Shown here: positions 15,075-29,098 of the stretch, in pieces
Numbering within the stretch: the first letter of the stretch is position 1
How the letters are laid out: each line of letters starts with the position of its first letter
NCBI GenBank assembly: GCA_951406725.2
Contig: OX597825.1
Location: 85,064,001-85,128,000 of the forward strand
Direction: 5' to 3'
Source of the DNA: Octopus vulgaris
Taxonomy: Eukaryota
DNA: 64,000 bases
Translations under genes and position numbers: made by a program
The notes under the pieces: generated by a model
What the model saw: the letters and a program-made list of their open reading frames with translations, nothing else
The model's database searches: none
What the model was told of the DNA's origin: nothing

Positions 15075-16065
15075 CAAACGGACAGATAGATAGAAAGATA
15101 GACAGAGATATGTGTTTTATCTATCTATATATGTGTGTGTGCGTGTGTGTGTGAGTGTGCGCGCTTCTCTGTGTACAGATATATGAATGCATATATTTAT
15201 GAATTTATTCATATCCATATCTGTGTGCGTGTGTGAGTTTGTGTGCGCACGCATTCGTACATTCGCACAAGCGTACACACACCTCAACATTCACATAACC
15301 ACAAAATAAATTTTCAGTTGGAACATCACACTACATCTCTAAACCACGCATTCATCGAATCTCCTGCAACGAAACAAATAAATCAATCGATTTCCTATCT
15401 ATAAATGAAATCAATTGTTAAACAGATAACGTTTTCTTATCATTGGAACGGGTGACATTGTTATGTAATGTTCTCCGACGTTCAAGTTCTAGGCATTTCG
15501 AAATAAACCAATGAATTCTACTGTTTGCAAATGAGTAAGAAATGGAATATTTCGTGCATATTAACCAAAGAAAAATAGATTAAACACTCCGTGAAATTCA
15601 AAAGGATTTGCGTTGTTATATTGCAAAATCAGTGGAGTTTATTTCGTATTGGAAAAGCGAATTGTTTTACCTTTGAGAATGGGCAAAACGTGAAACAGAA
15701 AATCGTAATTTGTGATTGTTTCAAGTTGAAAACAGATATGTTTATACGGCTCTGTTGTATTGTGTTGAGGTTCTTTGTTGATGTGGATGCAGTTTTGTAT
15801 AGCTCTGTATTGTCTTCCTCTTAATAAATCTCTCTATGCTTTCCTCCACAACGTCCCACCCTTCTCTATTCTCTCTCTTGCGCGCACACTCTTCTATATA
15901 TACATACGTATAAACAGATATATACCAATATATGCTCACACACACACACACTCATATATATATATATATATATATACATACCTAAATATGTATACACATA
16001 TATACACATGAGGATAGATGTATATATACATGCAAAGTATATCTGTATCATATATATATGTACGG

Positions 16066-16114
<49 letters not shown>

Positions 16115-17582
16115 TATATCTCTTGTATATACGTGTATGTATGCATATGTGTATATATATGTATATGTGTATTTGTACACTTATATATTCTGTACATACA
16201 TATACATATGCAAATGTATAATCATAGCGCGAGAAGTGTTTGCGTATATGAATATGTAGATAAAATGTTCTACACATCTGTGTGCGTGTGTGTGCGTACA
16301 TACGTGTAAATGTTTGTGTATGTGTGTGCTTGTGTGTGAGTGTTCGCACGTGCGCGCGTTTGTATAAGGCTGTGTAGTGGATTACGTTACTAATACCTAC
16401 AAATTGAAATTCATCCTCCAAAAAACACAAAGCAAAGAAAATGAAAACAAAAACCGAAGATGTAAAATATCTGTTCAATGTTGAGATAATTAGCGATTGT
16501 GTGAGTAAGAAGACCATGAAATTCGCTAATCTCGCTACCGAAAATGATGTTTCGAAAACAAGATTGAAGCTTGTTTCAGCTGAGAATGTAAAAATGAATA
16601 TAATGCTACATAAAGATGGCGCTGTAAAAAGCAGCAGCAGCAGCAGAGAAGGAAATGGCAGGTAAAGAGCCGCATTACTACTGTGAATTGTTGATGTTGA
16701 AAATTCTTCAGCAATTTATTTAGGAAAAAAAAAACAAATTACAGAAGAGAAACGCAAAAAATAAAATTCAAAGAAAGCAAATTCCAACCCCAACGGGGGA
16801 AAATGATCGAAAGTAGTTGATTCTGAAGGACATCTTTGTTAACACCTGTGATGCTGTGATTAGAGATAAATTATTTGGCGGATTCACACAGCCTACGTTG
16901 TCGATTATGTTGGCAGGTGGGATGAAAAGTCTTGTCCACAGGATATAAATACTTTCTTAAACTCAAATATGCGACTTTGTTTTGATAGAGGGTTATCGCT
17001 GTTTTAATTTACTTATTTGTCAAATGCCGCCAGCCAATACACATTTAACTTGACTTTCCTATCTGCACACAATGAAGATGCTACAGCGATTTCTCCATTA
17101 ACAGACAATTCAGATAACGAACATTTCTTTTTGTTACATTGACAACACAATATCTTAATTTATAAGGGAGGGTCTAAACTTTTTTGAATTGATACAGTAT
17201 ATATTACTGGTACTGAATTAACGGAATTAAACCGACAGAATATAGTGAGTTGTTTGCGATTCACATAACAACATTTTATATAATTAATCAAGCGAAAAAG
17301 GTGCGCTCCGCCTCTGCCATTGCCAGATGTTGCCCTGACACACACCCAGTAAAGCCTGCTCCTGCAAAGGAGAATCTACGTGGATAATTTGCTCGTAAGA
17401 AATAACAGCAAAAAAAAAAAAAAACAAATTTCCTCCTGATACGGTGTGACGGTGTATTTGAAGGAAACGTTAAAGGCAATGATGTGCCAGAAACATTCTA
17501 GTTACAAGAAAAACCAGATGGCCACCGCTGGTACGCATTTCATCATAGCATATATTATATATATATATATATATATATAAGG

Positions 17583-17817
17583 CACTTTATTTCACGTTGC
17601 TCCAGTTCACTCAGCTCTAGAAATGAGTTGCGACGTCACTGGTGCCAAGCTGTATCGACCTTTGTCTTTCCCTTGGATAACATCAGTGGCGTGGAGAGGG
17701 GAGGCTGGTATGCATGGGCGACTGCTGGTCTTCCATAAACAACCTTGCCCGGACTTGTGTCTAGGAGGGTAACTTTCTAGGTGCAATCCCATGGTCATTC
17801 ATGACCGAAGGGGGTCT
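17583..17817 (+). mobile_element. SINE C tail type 2, headless
   Basis: cactttatttcacgttgctccag...ggtgcaatcccatggtcattcatgaccgaagggggtc; homologous to 22881, 28714 and 34914. Confidence 0.9.
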
Positions 17818-17821
17818 TTAC

Positions 17822-18225
<404 letters not shown>

Positions 18226-18287
18226 ACATTATTCGTTCTCACTATCAAGACGTACACTCTCCCCCTTTAAAGGTATATGCGTGCGTG

Positions 18288-18337
<50 letters not shown>

Positions 18338-18929
18338 TGTCTGTCTGTGTGTGTTTGTGTGTGTGTACATTAGAGTATAACTCTCTTGTGGTTTCGAAAA
18401 TGATTTCCACTTCAAACGCTTTTCAGGTCTCAACTTCTTGTCGTCCAAAAACGTATCTCAAACAATAAGCATATAGATGAGAATTTAAAAAAAAAATATC
18501 ATGAAAAAAGCATGCAACAGCTATACTTGAATTCTCAGACAGGCTCGCTACTCTTGGAAATTATATTTTGGCAAGCATGAATATATTTCTGATAAAGAAT
18601 GTCCAGAAATATATTATCGAACAATGCTTTATGTCTTGTGTTCTTGGACAAAACATCAAATATAAAAGAAATAAAGTTAATATATACTGACCAAAGCTTC
18701 ATAGTAAACACACAGAAACTATCCCATCGGATATTCTATTATATATCTATAATTATATTGTCCCAACATCCCTTCTACATCGAAACAGTATTAATCTGAC
18801 CTTCTGACATTTCGGCGTAGAACAATATTGATCATTTAAGCAACGGAGAATATTATTAGAAATAATAATATTAATATTATTAGAATAACAAATAACGATC
18901 GTGTTATTTTTTTGTTACTTACATCATCA

Positions 18930-18994
<65 letters not shown>

Positions 18995-19255
18995 CAGATT
19001 CGATTTTGATCCTGTTTTTTTTTTGGCATCTTTGAAATTCCCGTATTGATTTTTCTTTGAATCTTTTGATATAACATCAATGTTGAATCAATATTATCGT
19101 CAAATAACCGTTATTGACAAGGAATATACATACACGCATATGTATTTAGATAGATAGACAGACCGACAGACAGACAGACAGATAGATAGATAGATCGGTA
19201 GGTAGGTAGACAGATAGATAGATTGACAAACAAACACATAGATAGATAGATAGAC

Positions 19256-19330
<75 letters not shown>

Positions 19331-19423
19331 CAGACAGAGACAGACAAACAGACAGATAGATGGAGAGTGAGTTAGATAAATAGATAGGTATATAGATATG
19401 ATACAAGGATTATATATTTATAT

Positions 19424-19730
19424 ACTTTTACTCGTTTCAGCCATGCGGTCGCGGTCATACTGGAGCACCAACGTGGTCTTTCTGATTTCCTCAGTTTGGG
19501 GTGTTTAACATCACATTCCTGTATATGCCTTCGTTCAAGCGGTTGGTACATTTGGTGTATAAAGGAGATTGACTCCGCTGCCCTCGTCTGCACCTTATGT
19601 CGGGCTGTTGGTTCCCCCAGTATTGTGGAGAGGTGGATGACTAGTTCGTTTCTGAAGACATCTACTTCCACCTTATACAGATTTCTTAATTTTTGTGACA
19701 AAGCATTGAAGAGCTGTGGACCTTTGACAT
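19424..19730 (-). mobile_element. 3' end of a CR1/L2-group LINE whose terminus matches the SINE D tail
   Basis: VKGPQLFNALSQKLRNLYKVEVDVFRNELVIHLSTILGEP (compare GPxLFNxLPxxIR...FKxxLDxxLxxIPDEP), then ggtgctccagtatgaccgc...ctgaaacgagtaaaag. Confidence 0.75.
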
Positions 19731-20444
19731 ATATTGTATGTGTGTCTGTGTGTGTACACAAACATATCTATATATACGTTTGCAGGATGGAGGGTTGAAT
19801 GTGACTCAATATTTGTGCGCAATGTATTTATTGATTTTTACATCAACAACTTGAGTTTGGTTCCTGTTGCAGATTTCAAAGGATCACATAGAGACAGTTC
19901 CTTTCAGACGACAACAAAAAATGTGCCGTCGCTTTATATTCCTTAACGCAACTGCTAGCATTCCCCTGACTCACCAGACAGAAATTCTCCCAAACACCCA
20001 GCCACTAATGCCGCCTCTACTTTATCGGACGAAATGTTATGTTTCTTAAAAGAAAAATAGCTTTATCTAAAGAAATTATGTAAGGTTATCAAAGACCATC
20101 ATTTCAAAAGTAATTACAAGGAGTTATTTGCGTTTGTAAAAGAACTCCATTTGTAAATATATCGAGAAATGCAAGAGATAAGGAATGGTGCACTGAATAA
20201 CATATATGAAAAATTTACGATAAACTTCATTTAACTTTAGCAACAGTAAACCCTCGAAGTAATCAATCGTTAGATGCTTTTGAAGAGAAGAAGTATTCCA
20301 TGAAGTTGAGAAAAGATTTCAGTTAATTAATTTTCAGGCTTAAACAAAATGAGAAGTGTGGACATATTCCCGGATTATTAAACTTCATCAGCAGGTCAGA
20401 ATATCTTAAATCCCGTTGGTCGAGTAGACAATTTAAGAAAATAA

Positions 20445-20622
<178 letters not shown>

Positions 20623-20767
20623 ATCGAAAAATACCTTAGGAATGAGAACCCAGGTTTGAAATTTCCCCAAGACACCTGATGAAGGTCGGAGGGTATATCA
20701 GCGAAATGTTGTGTTAACAACAAACAAGATGAGGACAAATATACGTCAAATGTAAATAACGTAAATA

Positions 20768-20770
<3 letters not shown>
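20623..20770 (+). mobile_element. Short Penelope-like terminal fragment with HHR-like motif at 20671-20715
   Basis: gacac-CTGATGA-aggtcggagggtatatcagc-GAAA-tg-tt-gtgtt; stem I gacac/gtgtt. Confidence 0.6.
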
Positions 20771-20807
<37 letters not shown>

Positions 20808-20971
20808 ATGTTGTTTGCATGTGTATATAAGTGTTGTCGTGTGGTAATACTAACAATTGCACACTTCTAAATAGAAAACCAGTCAGGATCACCTTTAGAC
20901 TAACATGAAAGTAACTATCAGTTGAAACTTTTTCTACCACTTCTCTTTTCATTTTCATATTCTGTTAAAAA

Positions 20972-21165
20972 CGGCTGCGGGCTGGCCGAATCGTTAGAAG
21001 GTCGGCCAACATGTTTAGCGGCATGTTGTCCTTCTTTACGTCCTGAATTTGAAGTTGACTTTGCGATTCATTCCTCCATCACCAAATAAATGAGTACCAT
21101 TTAATGAGTCGATTTAATGAATTTCCCCTTTCCACAGAATATGCTGGCCTCGCACCAATATTTTG
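20972..21165 (+). mobile_element. Older SINE A copy
   Basis: ggctggccgaatcgttag...gttgactttgc...tgagtacca...gctggcct. Confidence 0.6.
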
Positions 21166-22022
21166 TAAAAACACGAAGGAGTCACAACAAACATGACGGT
21201 TTAATATGTGTGCATGGGTAGTTTTTATGTAATAATACCTGTCTGCCTCAACGCACACACACACACAAGCCCACACACAAACATATATAATATAGTTAAG
21301 AATTCCATTTAATTAGCTGCATGTGTATAAAAATGCAAACATTTGTGTGTATGTGTCTTTATGTGGGGCATGTACAGGTTTATATATATATATACATACA
21401 CACATATATACATACACGTACACTCATATATATATACGTATGGGTATACATACACTTATTCCCATATATATGCATACACGTATATGTATGTCTGAGACAG
21501 AGAGAGAGAGAGAGAGAGAAAGAGAAAGAATAAGAGGAGAATAAAGACTATTAATTATGTATGTTTGCGTCTCTGATTAACTGTTTGTGTACGTGTTTGT
21601 ATATATATAAATATATACACACACACATACATATATATATATATACATGTATCTACGTATGCATGTGTTCGTGTGTGTGTGTGTGTGTGTCTGTGTGTAT
21701 GTACGTGTGTATATTTGTATATGTCTACATATTTATTTCTGCGTGTGTATGTATATTTATACATGCCTAAATATTTGTATCTACAGAATCCAGAAATCAA
21801 TAAATATTCTGACAAAATATCTCAATTATTTCCTATCTACTCACTGCCAATCCTCAAAACATATTTTTCAATTCTATTAACTCTTTGTCTTAAAAACAGA
21901 TACTCATGTATAATGTATATATGTTATATAATTTATATACATATATATATATATTATATAATATATATAGATATATATATATGTATATACACACACATAT
22001 ATATTATATATACACATATATG

Positions 22023-22083
<61 letters not shown>

Positions 22084-22389
22084 TTGTAATATATATTTAA
22101 TATATATATGTATATATGTGTATACATGTGTGTATAGCATTTTCTTTCCATCATTTCCCTCCTTCATATTTCTAGATATATTTGTAATTAAATGCCACTC
22201 TCTGTCTCAATACAATTCATTTGTCGTATCTTGTCTTCCTCTCCCTGTTTCTCCAAGTTTTCTTTCATTCCTGTATCTTATTCTTTATATCCACTTCTCT
22301 GTGTCTGTCTGTTTCTCTTTTTCACTTTGAATATATACAAATATATATATACATATATCAAAATAAGCAACAAGGATATCCAGAAGTAA

Positions 22390-22476
22390 TGCAGTACGAT
22401 CGTTTCATGTAACTCCATTTAATTGAGAAATGCAATCATTACATCAATTTAAAATGTAGACCAATCTTCAGCTGCA
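22390..22476 (-). ncRNA. Type I hammerhead ribozyme motif (inverted arm)
   Basis: Reverse complement tgcag-CTGAAGA-[~58 nt]-GAAA-c-gatc-g-TA-ctgca. Confidence 0.7.
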
Positions 22477-22608
22477 CTAATACATAAAATTTAATTAAAT
22501 TAAAACAGACGGGTACATTAGTATAATTATATCTAAAATCTTGGAGATTTAGGTATAATTATACTAATGTGTCCAAACGTTCTAATTTAATTAACTTCTA
22601 TGTCTTTG

Positions 22609-22695
22609 TGCAGCTGAAGATTTCTCTATATTTTAAATTGCTATAATGATTGCATTGTTCAATTAAATGGCGTTGCATGAAACGATCGTACTGCA
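22609..22695 (+). ncRNA. Type I hammerhead ribozyme motif (direct arm)
   Basis: tgcag-CTGAAGA(22614-22620)-[~58 nt]-GAAA-c-gatc-g-TA-ctgca; predicted cleavage after GUA at 22690. Confidence 0.7.
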
Positions 22696-22880
22696 TTACC
22701 TCTGGATATACTTGTTGCTTATCTTGGTTTTAATCACCTTACTTTGAAGTTGTATGCATAATACCGTACTAAATTCTGGTGCCTTTAACTTAAGTACCAT
22801 ATTCATCTGAATCTAAATTTTTGCTGAACTCATCTATCATACCCATATCTATCATACCCATATATTTATACGTATTCTTA

Positions 22881-23170
22881 GACACCCTTCGGTCATGACA
22901 GACCTAGAAATTTACCCTTCCAGGCAGAAGACCAGCAGTCCCCCATTCATACCGACCTCCCCCTTCCCACGCCACCGGTTTTATCCAAAGGAAAGGCAAA
23001 GGTTGATACAGCTTGATATTAGTAACGTCGCAACTCATTTCTACAGCTGAGTTAGCTGGAGCAACGTGAAATAAGTATATTGCTCAAAAACACAACTAGC
23101 AGCCCGGTCCGGGATTCGAACTCACAACCTCACGATCGTAAGCTCGACGCTCTAACCACAGAGCCTTCAC
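22881..23170 (-). mobile_element. SINE C tail type 2
   Basis: Homologous to 28714-29013. Confidence 0.9.
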
Positions 23171-23242
<72 letters not shown>

Positions 23243-25538
23243 TAGACATACATATTTAGTGTGTGTGGTTACACATATCTCTATGTGTGCACCTACCTTG
23301 CTGTTTTCTGTGTCTTCCTCTCTCTCCCAACTCTCTCTGTCCCTCTAACTCTCTCTATTTTTCCTTAGACTTCCTCCTCCCTCACTCTCTCACTTTCTCT
23401 CTCTCTCTTCATCTTTGCTATCATTTTCTGTTAAATCGACGAAGCCACCCTCTGTGTAACTAAAAGATTAAACGATATTTCAGCTGAATAGACATGTAAG
23501 ATTGTGTACACCTGTAAATCTATCCTTCGGTACCTAAGACTATGGAAAGTGCTTTGATACAACTCTATGTGTACTTTACCGAAATCTCATTACTCTCAAC
23601 GTTTCACGTGTGGTCAACAATCACTGTAAACGCTAACGTTTACTTCTAATGCAATTTTTTTTTTCGTGTATATTCAAAAGCCTGTTCCAATATTCATTAG
23701 TCTCCTGTGATCATCGATCTTCATTTGTATGGACGCTGGTTTAAGACATATTTCTCTCGTCTTCGCTCCTCTCAGCGTTTCATATTTAATTCGTTTGGAT
23801 TACATTTCATCACTGACAGAATCCAAAGAATGGTTTCATTTAAGCTCTGGTTTCATGTTCTTATTTATTCTGTTATACAATTTCCTTCCTTAGCCTGAAT
23901 CAATCGCCTTAAGTGTTGCTTTATGTGATAGATCTATAGAATTGTCTATCGATCCCTTACAAGGATCTAAACATTGATGAAATGTTCTTAACCAAATGGG
24001 TTTTATCATATTGAAATGAAATCTCGCCATAGTTGCAATGGGAATTGAAAGTACATTTTGCTTTGCGACTAATACTCAAAGATCTATTCTAGAATATCCT
24101 TTGTTTGTATTATCTTCAGCTGTACAGAGTGTCGCCTTTGGCATTGATATTGTTTAACCATGGGTCTGTCTGGATGGAACATGTAGACCTACGAACAACT
24201 CCTGTCAAAATATTATCATCCAGTTTTTGATGCAGGCAATGGGTATCAACTGGGGTCCATAGCACCTTTGGGAATCCCTATAAGATTTCATTGTTCAAAC
24301 TGTATCTGCAAGAAATTACTTCCATATCTACAGTCATCAAAATATTTTCACAATCTTTTTATACAATTCCATATAATATTTAATTATCGAAATATAACAG
24401 GTTGTTTTTATACAGGATCCATTCGAATAAAAACTGAATCAAAGCGATCATTAGATATCTCACCTTCCTCTAGAATAGTTTCGAATGATTTGAAGATTTC
24501 GTTACTAGTTCTTGCAGGGACTTTTGCGGTGTCAAACTAGTTAACAGTAACCTCAACGCCATTGAAATTAAATTCATAAACGTTTTCCAATATCTGTTTT
24601 TGTATTTGATATAATTACACCAGATAGGCACACTTAAAATGTACAAATACAGAGGTCATCGCCTCCAGTTTAACCTATTCTTCAAAAACGACCTTTCGTC
24701 ATTTCGGGATTCTCGAAAGAATCGGTTAATGACATATAAACATATATACAACATGTATATATGTATATATGTAAATATGTGTGTGTGTGTGTGTGTATGT
24801 GTGTCTGTGTGTGTGCCCGGGTAAATGAGTGTGTGTGAGAATGTATGTATATCTATATTTATGCATATGACTATCTATATCTATATCTATCTAGCTATAT
24901 ATATACATGCAAATGTATATTTATACATAAACGTATGTGTGTATATATAAGTGTGTGTGTGTGTGTGTGTATGTATGTATATAATTTACACATTTCAAGA
25001 TTTTCTTTTTGAAGTTTACTATTAGTATGTGGGTAATTTCCAGCAATAACTCAAAGAGGTAAAACAACAAACGCTACAATAACGAATGCAAGAAGAGATC
25101 AATAAAAGACTGACGTCACAAATGTATTTTTATCTTTTGGAAACGGATCTAACTTTAGTGCTTCAACTTGTGTACAATTAGAGGAATTAAGAAAAGAAAT
25201 ACTTTGTGAAAAATCCAGAAAAAAAATATTCGTGTTTCGAGTTGCGTGTTGCATGTATTACGGAAGTTGGAAAAGTATTAGCGGTGTGTGCAGTTGAAAT
25301 AGGAAACCTTCCTTACATAATGCTTACATGAGAGCGTTAAATCAATAGTGTATCGAATACACATACATAGCAAACACATAGACACTCACACCCACCTAGA
25401 AACACGTACGTACACTCGCTATGCTTACAACAGTTGAATAATTTCCTTTTACAATTTGTACAAGTGTGTTACTCTTAGTTTATATGTGTGTGTCTATGCA
25501 GACGAGGAGATACAAGTATTGTAGAAGATTACCACGCC

Positions 25539-25583
<45 letters not shown>

Positions 25584-25793
25584 AGCAGTTGTTTTTACGT
25601 TCACTTATAATAAAAACAATCTGAATCTAAGTTAAAGGGTTACTATATACATTTGTATAGGAAAAATTTAATATTCTTAAGCGAGAATATTATTGTGAGT
25701 GACTTCGAAATTCCAGCCGAAGTCTGTCCTTGCAATAGGCAATATGACAACATTTGCCCGCCATTTTCAGTACCAATAAAACAAGTCAAATGA

Positions 25794-26385
25794 GGACGGC
25801 GAGCTGGCAGAAACGGGCGAAATGCTTAGCGCTATTTCGTGTGCCGTTACGTTCTGAGTTCAAATTCCGCCGAGGTCGACTTTGCCTTTCATCCTTTCGG
25901 GGTCGATTACATAAGTACCAGTTACGCACTGGGGTCGGTATAATCGACTTAATCCGTTTGTCTGTCCTTGTTTGTCCTCTTTGTGTTTAGCCTTTTGTGG
26001 GTTGTAAAGAAATAGGTATTTCGTGTGCCGTTACGTTCCGAGTTCAAATTCCGCCGAGGTCGACTTTGCCTTTCATTCTTTCGGGGTCGATTACATAAGT
26101 ACCAGTTATGCACTGGGGTCGATATAATCGACTTAATCCGTTTGTCTGTCCTTGTTTGTCCTCTCTGTGTTTAGCCCCTTGTGGGTAGTAAGGAAATAGG
26201 TATTTCGTTTGCCGTTACGTTCCGAGTTCAAATTCCGCCGAAGTCGACTTTGCCTTTCATCCTTTCGGGATCGATTAAAGAAGTTCCAGTTACACACTGG
26301 GGTCGATGTAATCGACTTAATTCCTTTGTCTGTCTTTGTTTGTCTCCTCTATGTTTAGCCCCCTGTGGGTTGTAGAGAAAGAGAT
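25794..26385 (+). mobile_element. Head-to-tail SINE A trimer (period ~184 bp; restarts at ~26016 and ~26199)
   Basis: Three near-identical tatttcg...gttcaaattccgccga...gcctttcat..ttcggg...aaagaaata units. Confidence 0.95.
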
Positions 26386-26659
26386 AAAAATAAGTGAAAT
26401 AAGAGCGTTTTTCTAAGCGAGTGAACATCTTCCTAACCAAGGAATAAAACGATACCAATGATCCCTGCTTTGTTCCCCCTTTTTTACCTGCTTTTCTTTC
26501 CCCTTTACCTTTAGTTATTTGTCGAGGGATTGCAGACCGAAGTTCATAAATTTGCTTCGTCACGTCCTTAGAGCATAAAATCCATTCTCCTGCTCAAACT
26601 ATTTTTGCTTTGGTTGCTTTTAATATCTCGGAAATCTTTTTAAATATTAACATCCATAC

Positions 26660-26840
26660 TGCAAAGGGTGAAGCAGTTTGGAACCAGTGACATCGCAACT
26701 CATTTCTAGAGATGAGTAAAATGGAGCAACGTGAAATAAAGTCACTTGTTCAAGACAACACCCATCCCGGTCCTGGAATCGAATGCACGAACTCACGTCT
26801 CTAAAACCTATCTTCTTTTCACTGAGCCATAAGCTTTCAT
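26660..26840 (-). mobile_element. Partial SINE C
   Basis: gacatcgcaactcatttcta...ggagcaacgtgaaataaagt. Confidence 0.7.
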
Positions 26841-28100
26841 ATAAATGTGTGTGTGTGTGTGTGCGTATGTATATATACATGTATAAATATATAAATATGT
26901 GTATGTATATATAGATATATAGAGAGACATAAATGCGTGAGTGTGTGTATGTATTTGTGTATATATGGAAGTACTTATGTGTGCATGCACGTGTGCGTGC
27001 ATGAGAATGTGTAGTCAGAAACGGTGATAGTAGAAGATGGAATTATATATTCCATCAAGTTTGTCGTTATCAATAAACATAAATTTTACATGGCATAAAT
27101 TTTGCCAAAAGCTATTAATTTCACGCCTAAATGCTCTGGAAAATATAAAGTTGTTAAAATTAAATTAGACCAAAAATTTTCAAATGGTCACGAGATAACA
27201 TTTACATTAAAAAAAATCTGTTATCGTTTTCTGAATACGTGTGCGTGTGTGCTTGTGTGCGTTCGTGTGTGTGTGTGCGTACGTGTGTGTGTGTGTGCGT
27301 GTGTGTGTGTGTGCACACGTACGTGCGTTAGTGTGTGTATTTGTGCCTGAGCTTTACTTAGGTTCTTGAAAGTGTTCAAGCCTGTGGCAAAGAAAGTGAC
27401 AACACGTTTTTCGTTAAGTGAGTTGCCGGTGTTTGTAAATAGGAGGTCAATTTGGTGTGTTGGTTGAGCTGTCGTTGCACACAGCCAAGTGTGGTCATCT
27501 ATTCACCTAAAGAATCTCAAGTAGAGTGTCTTTGGAATGTCATACAAATTTTCAGTGTGTCGCTAATAGATTGGATTTAGAGAACCCGCGTTAATTTCTT
27601 TTACCTTTTCTCCGTGAAACCGAATATTTCTAGACTTCTGTGCAAATTTCTTAGTACGTAAAAATTTGTGTACCTAAAATGGTAGGTAAAGATTAGAAGT
27701 GATAGTCAAGTTAAAAGAGCTGTATGTTTCGCAATAATTCCCGGTAAATATCTTTTTCCTGGACATTTGATTGAACATTCACGCCCGCTGGGCAGCTGAC
27801 CTCCACAACAACACATTCTTTTCCCCCCCCCCCAATTCCAGTGTACAATATCAGGTCTGTTATGTTTTGAATTATGTATGTATGTATGTATGTATGTATG
27901 TATGTATGTATGTATGTATGTGCGTGTGTGTTGGGATTAAACGTAACGTTAACTTTCGTTATACTATGACATTCTTTTGTGATACTTGGTGATAGAGACG
28001 GAGTTTCATTTTAACGTTATCTTACGGACAACTGCATTGTGCGTATTGCGCATTATCACATACATACATACATACATTATCATATACATACACACATACA

Positions 28101-28225
28101 AATAATGAGAACGACAACGCATTGGTGTATAAATATTCTTTATTTGGTGCTCGAATAAACAATACTTTTATGAGAAGATCTATTCACATGAAACCAGTGG
28201 TTGCCTTGCTGATTCACAAATAAAT
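28101..28225. mobile_element. Family H3 fragment in inverted arrangement; homologs at 42174-42305 and 57085-57250
   Basis: catgaaaccagtggttgccttgctgattcacaaataaa vs atgaaaccattggtagacttgttaactcacaaataaa; 28101-28149 resembles the reverse complement of the family 3' part. Confidence 0.5.
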
Positions 28226-28254
28226 TGTACATGTTTATATATATGTTTAGAGAG

Positions 28255-28400
28255 GGAGAGAGAGGGAGAATTCACAAAAAAAGACGAAGACAGGTGGTGT
28301 ATTAGTATAACGCTCGGGAAGCGAAAAAGTCTTTAACATTTGGAGCCTGAAAGAAACAAGGAGAGAAAATAAAGAATGCGTAGTGGCTAGCGATCTATAT
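28255..28400 (-). mobile_element. Family H1 copy 3 (internal deletion)
   Basis: gggagaattcacaaaaaaagacgaagacaggtggtgtattagtataacgctc. Confidence 0.8.
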
Positions 28401-28657
28401 ATGCAGTGAGGAGGAATTTGAAATTTCCTTGCAATACACTTTATGGGCATGTTAAATTTTACTCTCAACTTTCCATATACTTACACAAATAGCAAATTAC
28501 TTGTTGTCACAAAGTTGCAGGTGTTGTCGTACATTATACAAACACCGATTAAATAACTGAATAAAATTGCATGAAACTTCTAGTATTGAACACTTGAACT
28601 TTATTGAGAGAAGATACACCCACAAACTCACATAAACACACCATACACACACACACA

Positions 28658-28695
<38 letters not shown>

Positions 28696-28713
28696 ATATA
28701 TATATATATTGGG

Positions 28714-29013
28714 GACCCCTTCGGTCATGACTGACCGTGGGTTTGCACCTAGAATGTTACCCTCCGAGGCACAAGTCTGGGCAAGATTGTTTATGGAAGA
28801 CCAGCAGTCGCCCATGCATACCGGCCTCCCCTCTCCACGCCACCAGTGTTATCCAAGGGAAAGGCAAAGGAACCGATACAGCTTGGCACTGTGACGTCGC
28901 AGCTCATTTCTACAGCTGAGTGAACTGGAGCAACGCAGCCCGGTTCGGGATTCGAACTCACAACCTCACGATCGTAAGCTCGACGCTGTAACCGCTGAGC
29001 CATGCGCCTTCAC
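28714..29013 (-). mobile_element. SINE C tail type 2, near full length
   Basis: Reverse complement head gtgaaggcgcatggctcagcggttacagcgtcgagcttacgatcgtgaggttgtgagttcgaatccc. Confidence 0.9.
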
Positions 29014-29098
29014 ATGTATATATATATATATATACATAGTTAAGGACCATATTCATGTGAATTCTTTAGAATTCACTAGAATCTCAATTACTTAACCG

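Larger units (their letters stand above)
22358..22860 (+). mobile_element. Fold-back element family H2: ~180-bp inverted arms (22358-22540 and 22546-22727) plus ~130-bp tail
   Basis: aataagcaacaaggatatccagaagtaatgcagtacgatcgtttcatg pairs with catgaaacgatcgtactgcattacctctggatatacttgttgcttat; direct-only homolog at 51860-52105. Confidence 0.9.

Noticed and set aside
16441-16665. 74-aa non-repetitive ORF
   Set aside because: Short, with no recognisable domain or exon evidence
23460-24600. Non-repetitive stretch that might be a decayed transposase
   Set aside because: No recognisable motif in the frames I could read
25794-26385. CRISPR-like periodic array
   Set aside because: Whole ~184-bp units repeat with no unique spacers; it is a SINE multimer in eukaryotic DNA
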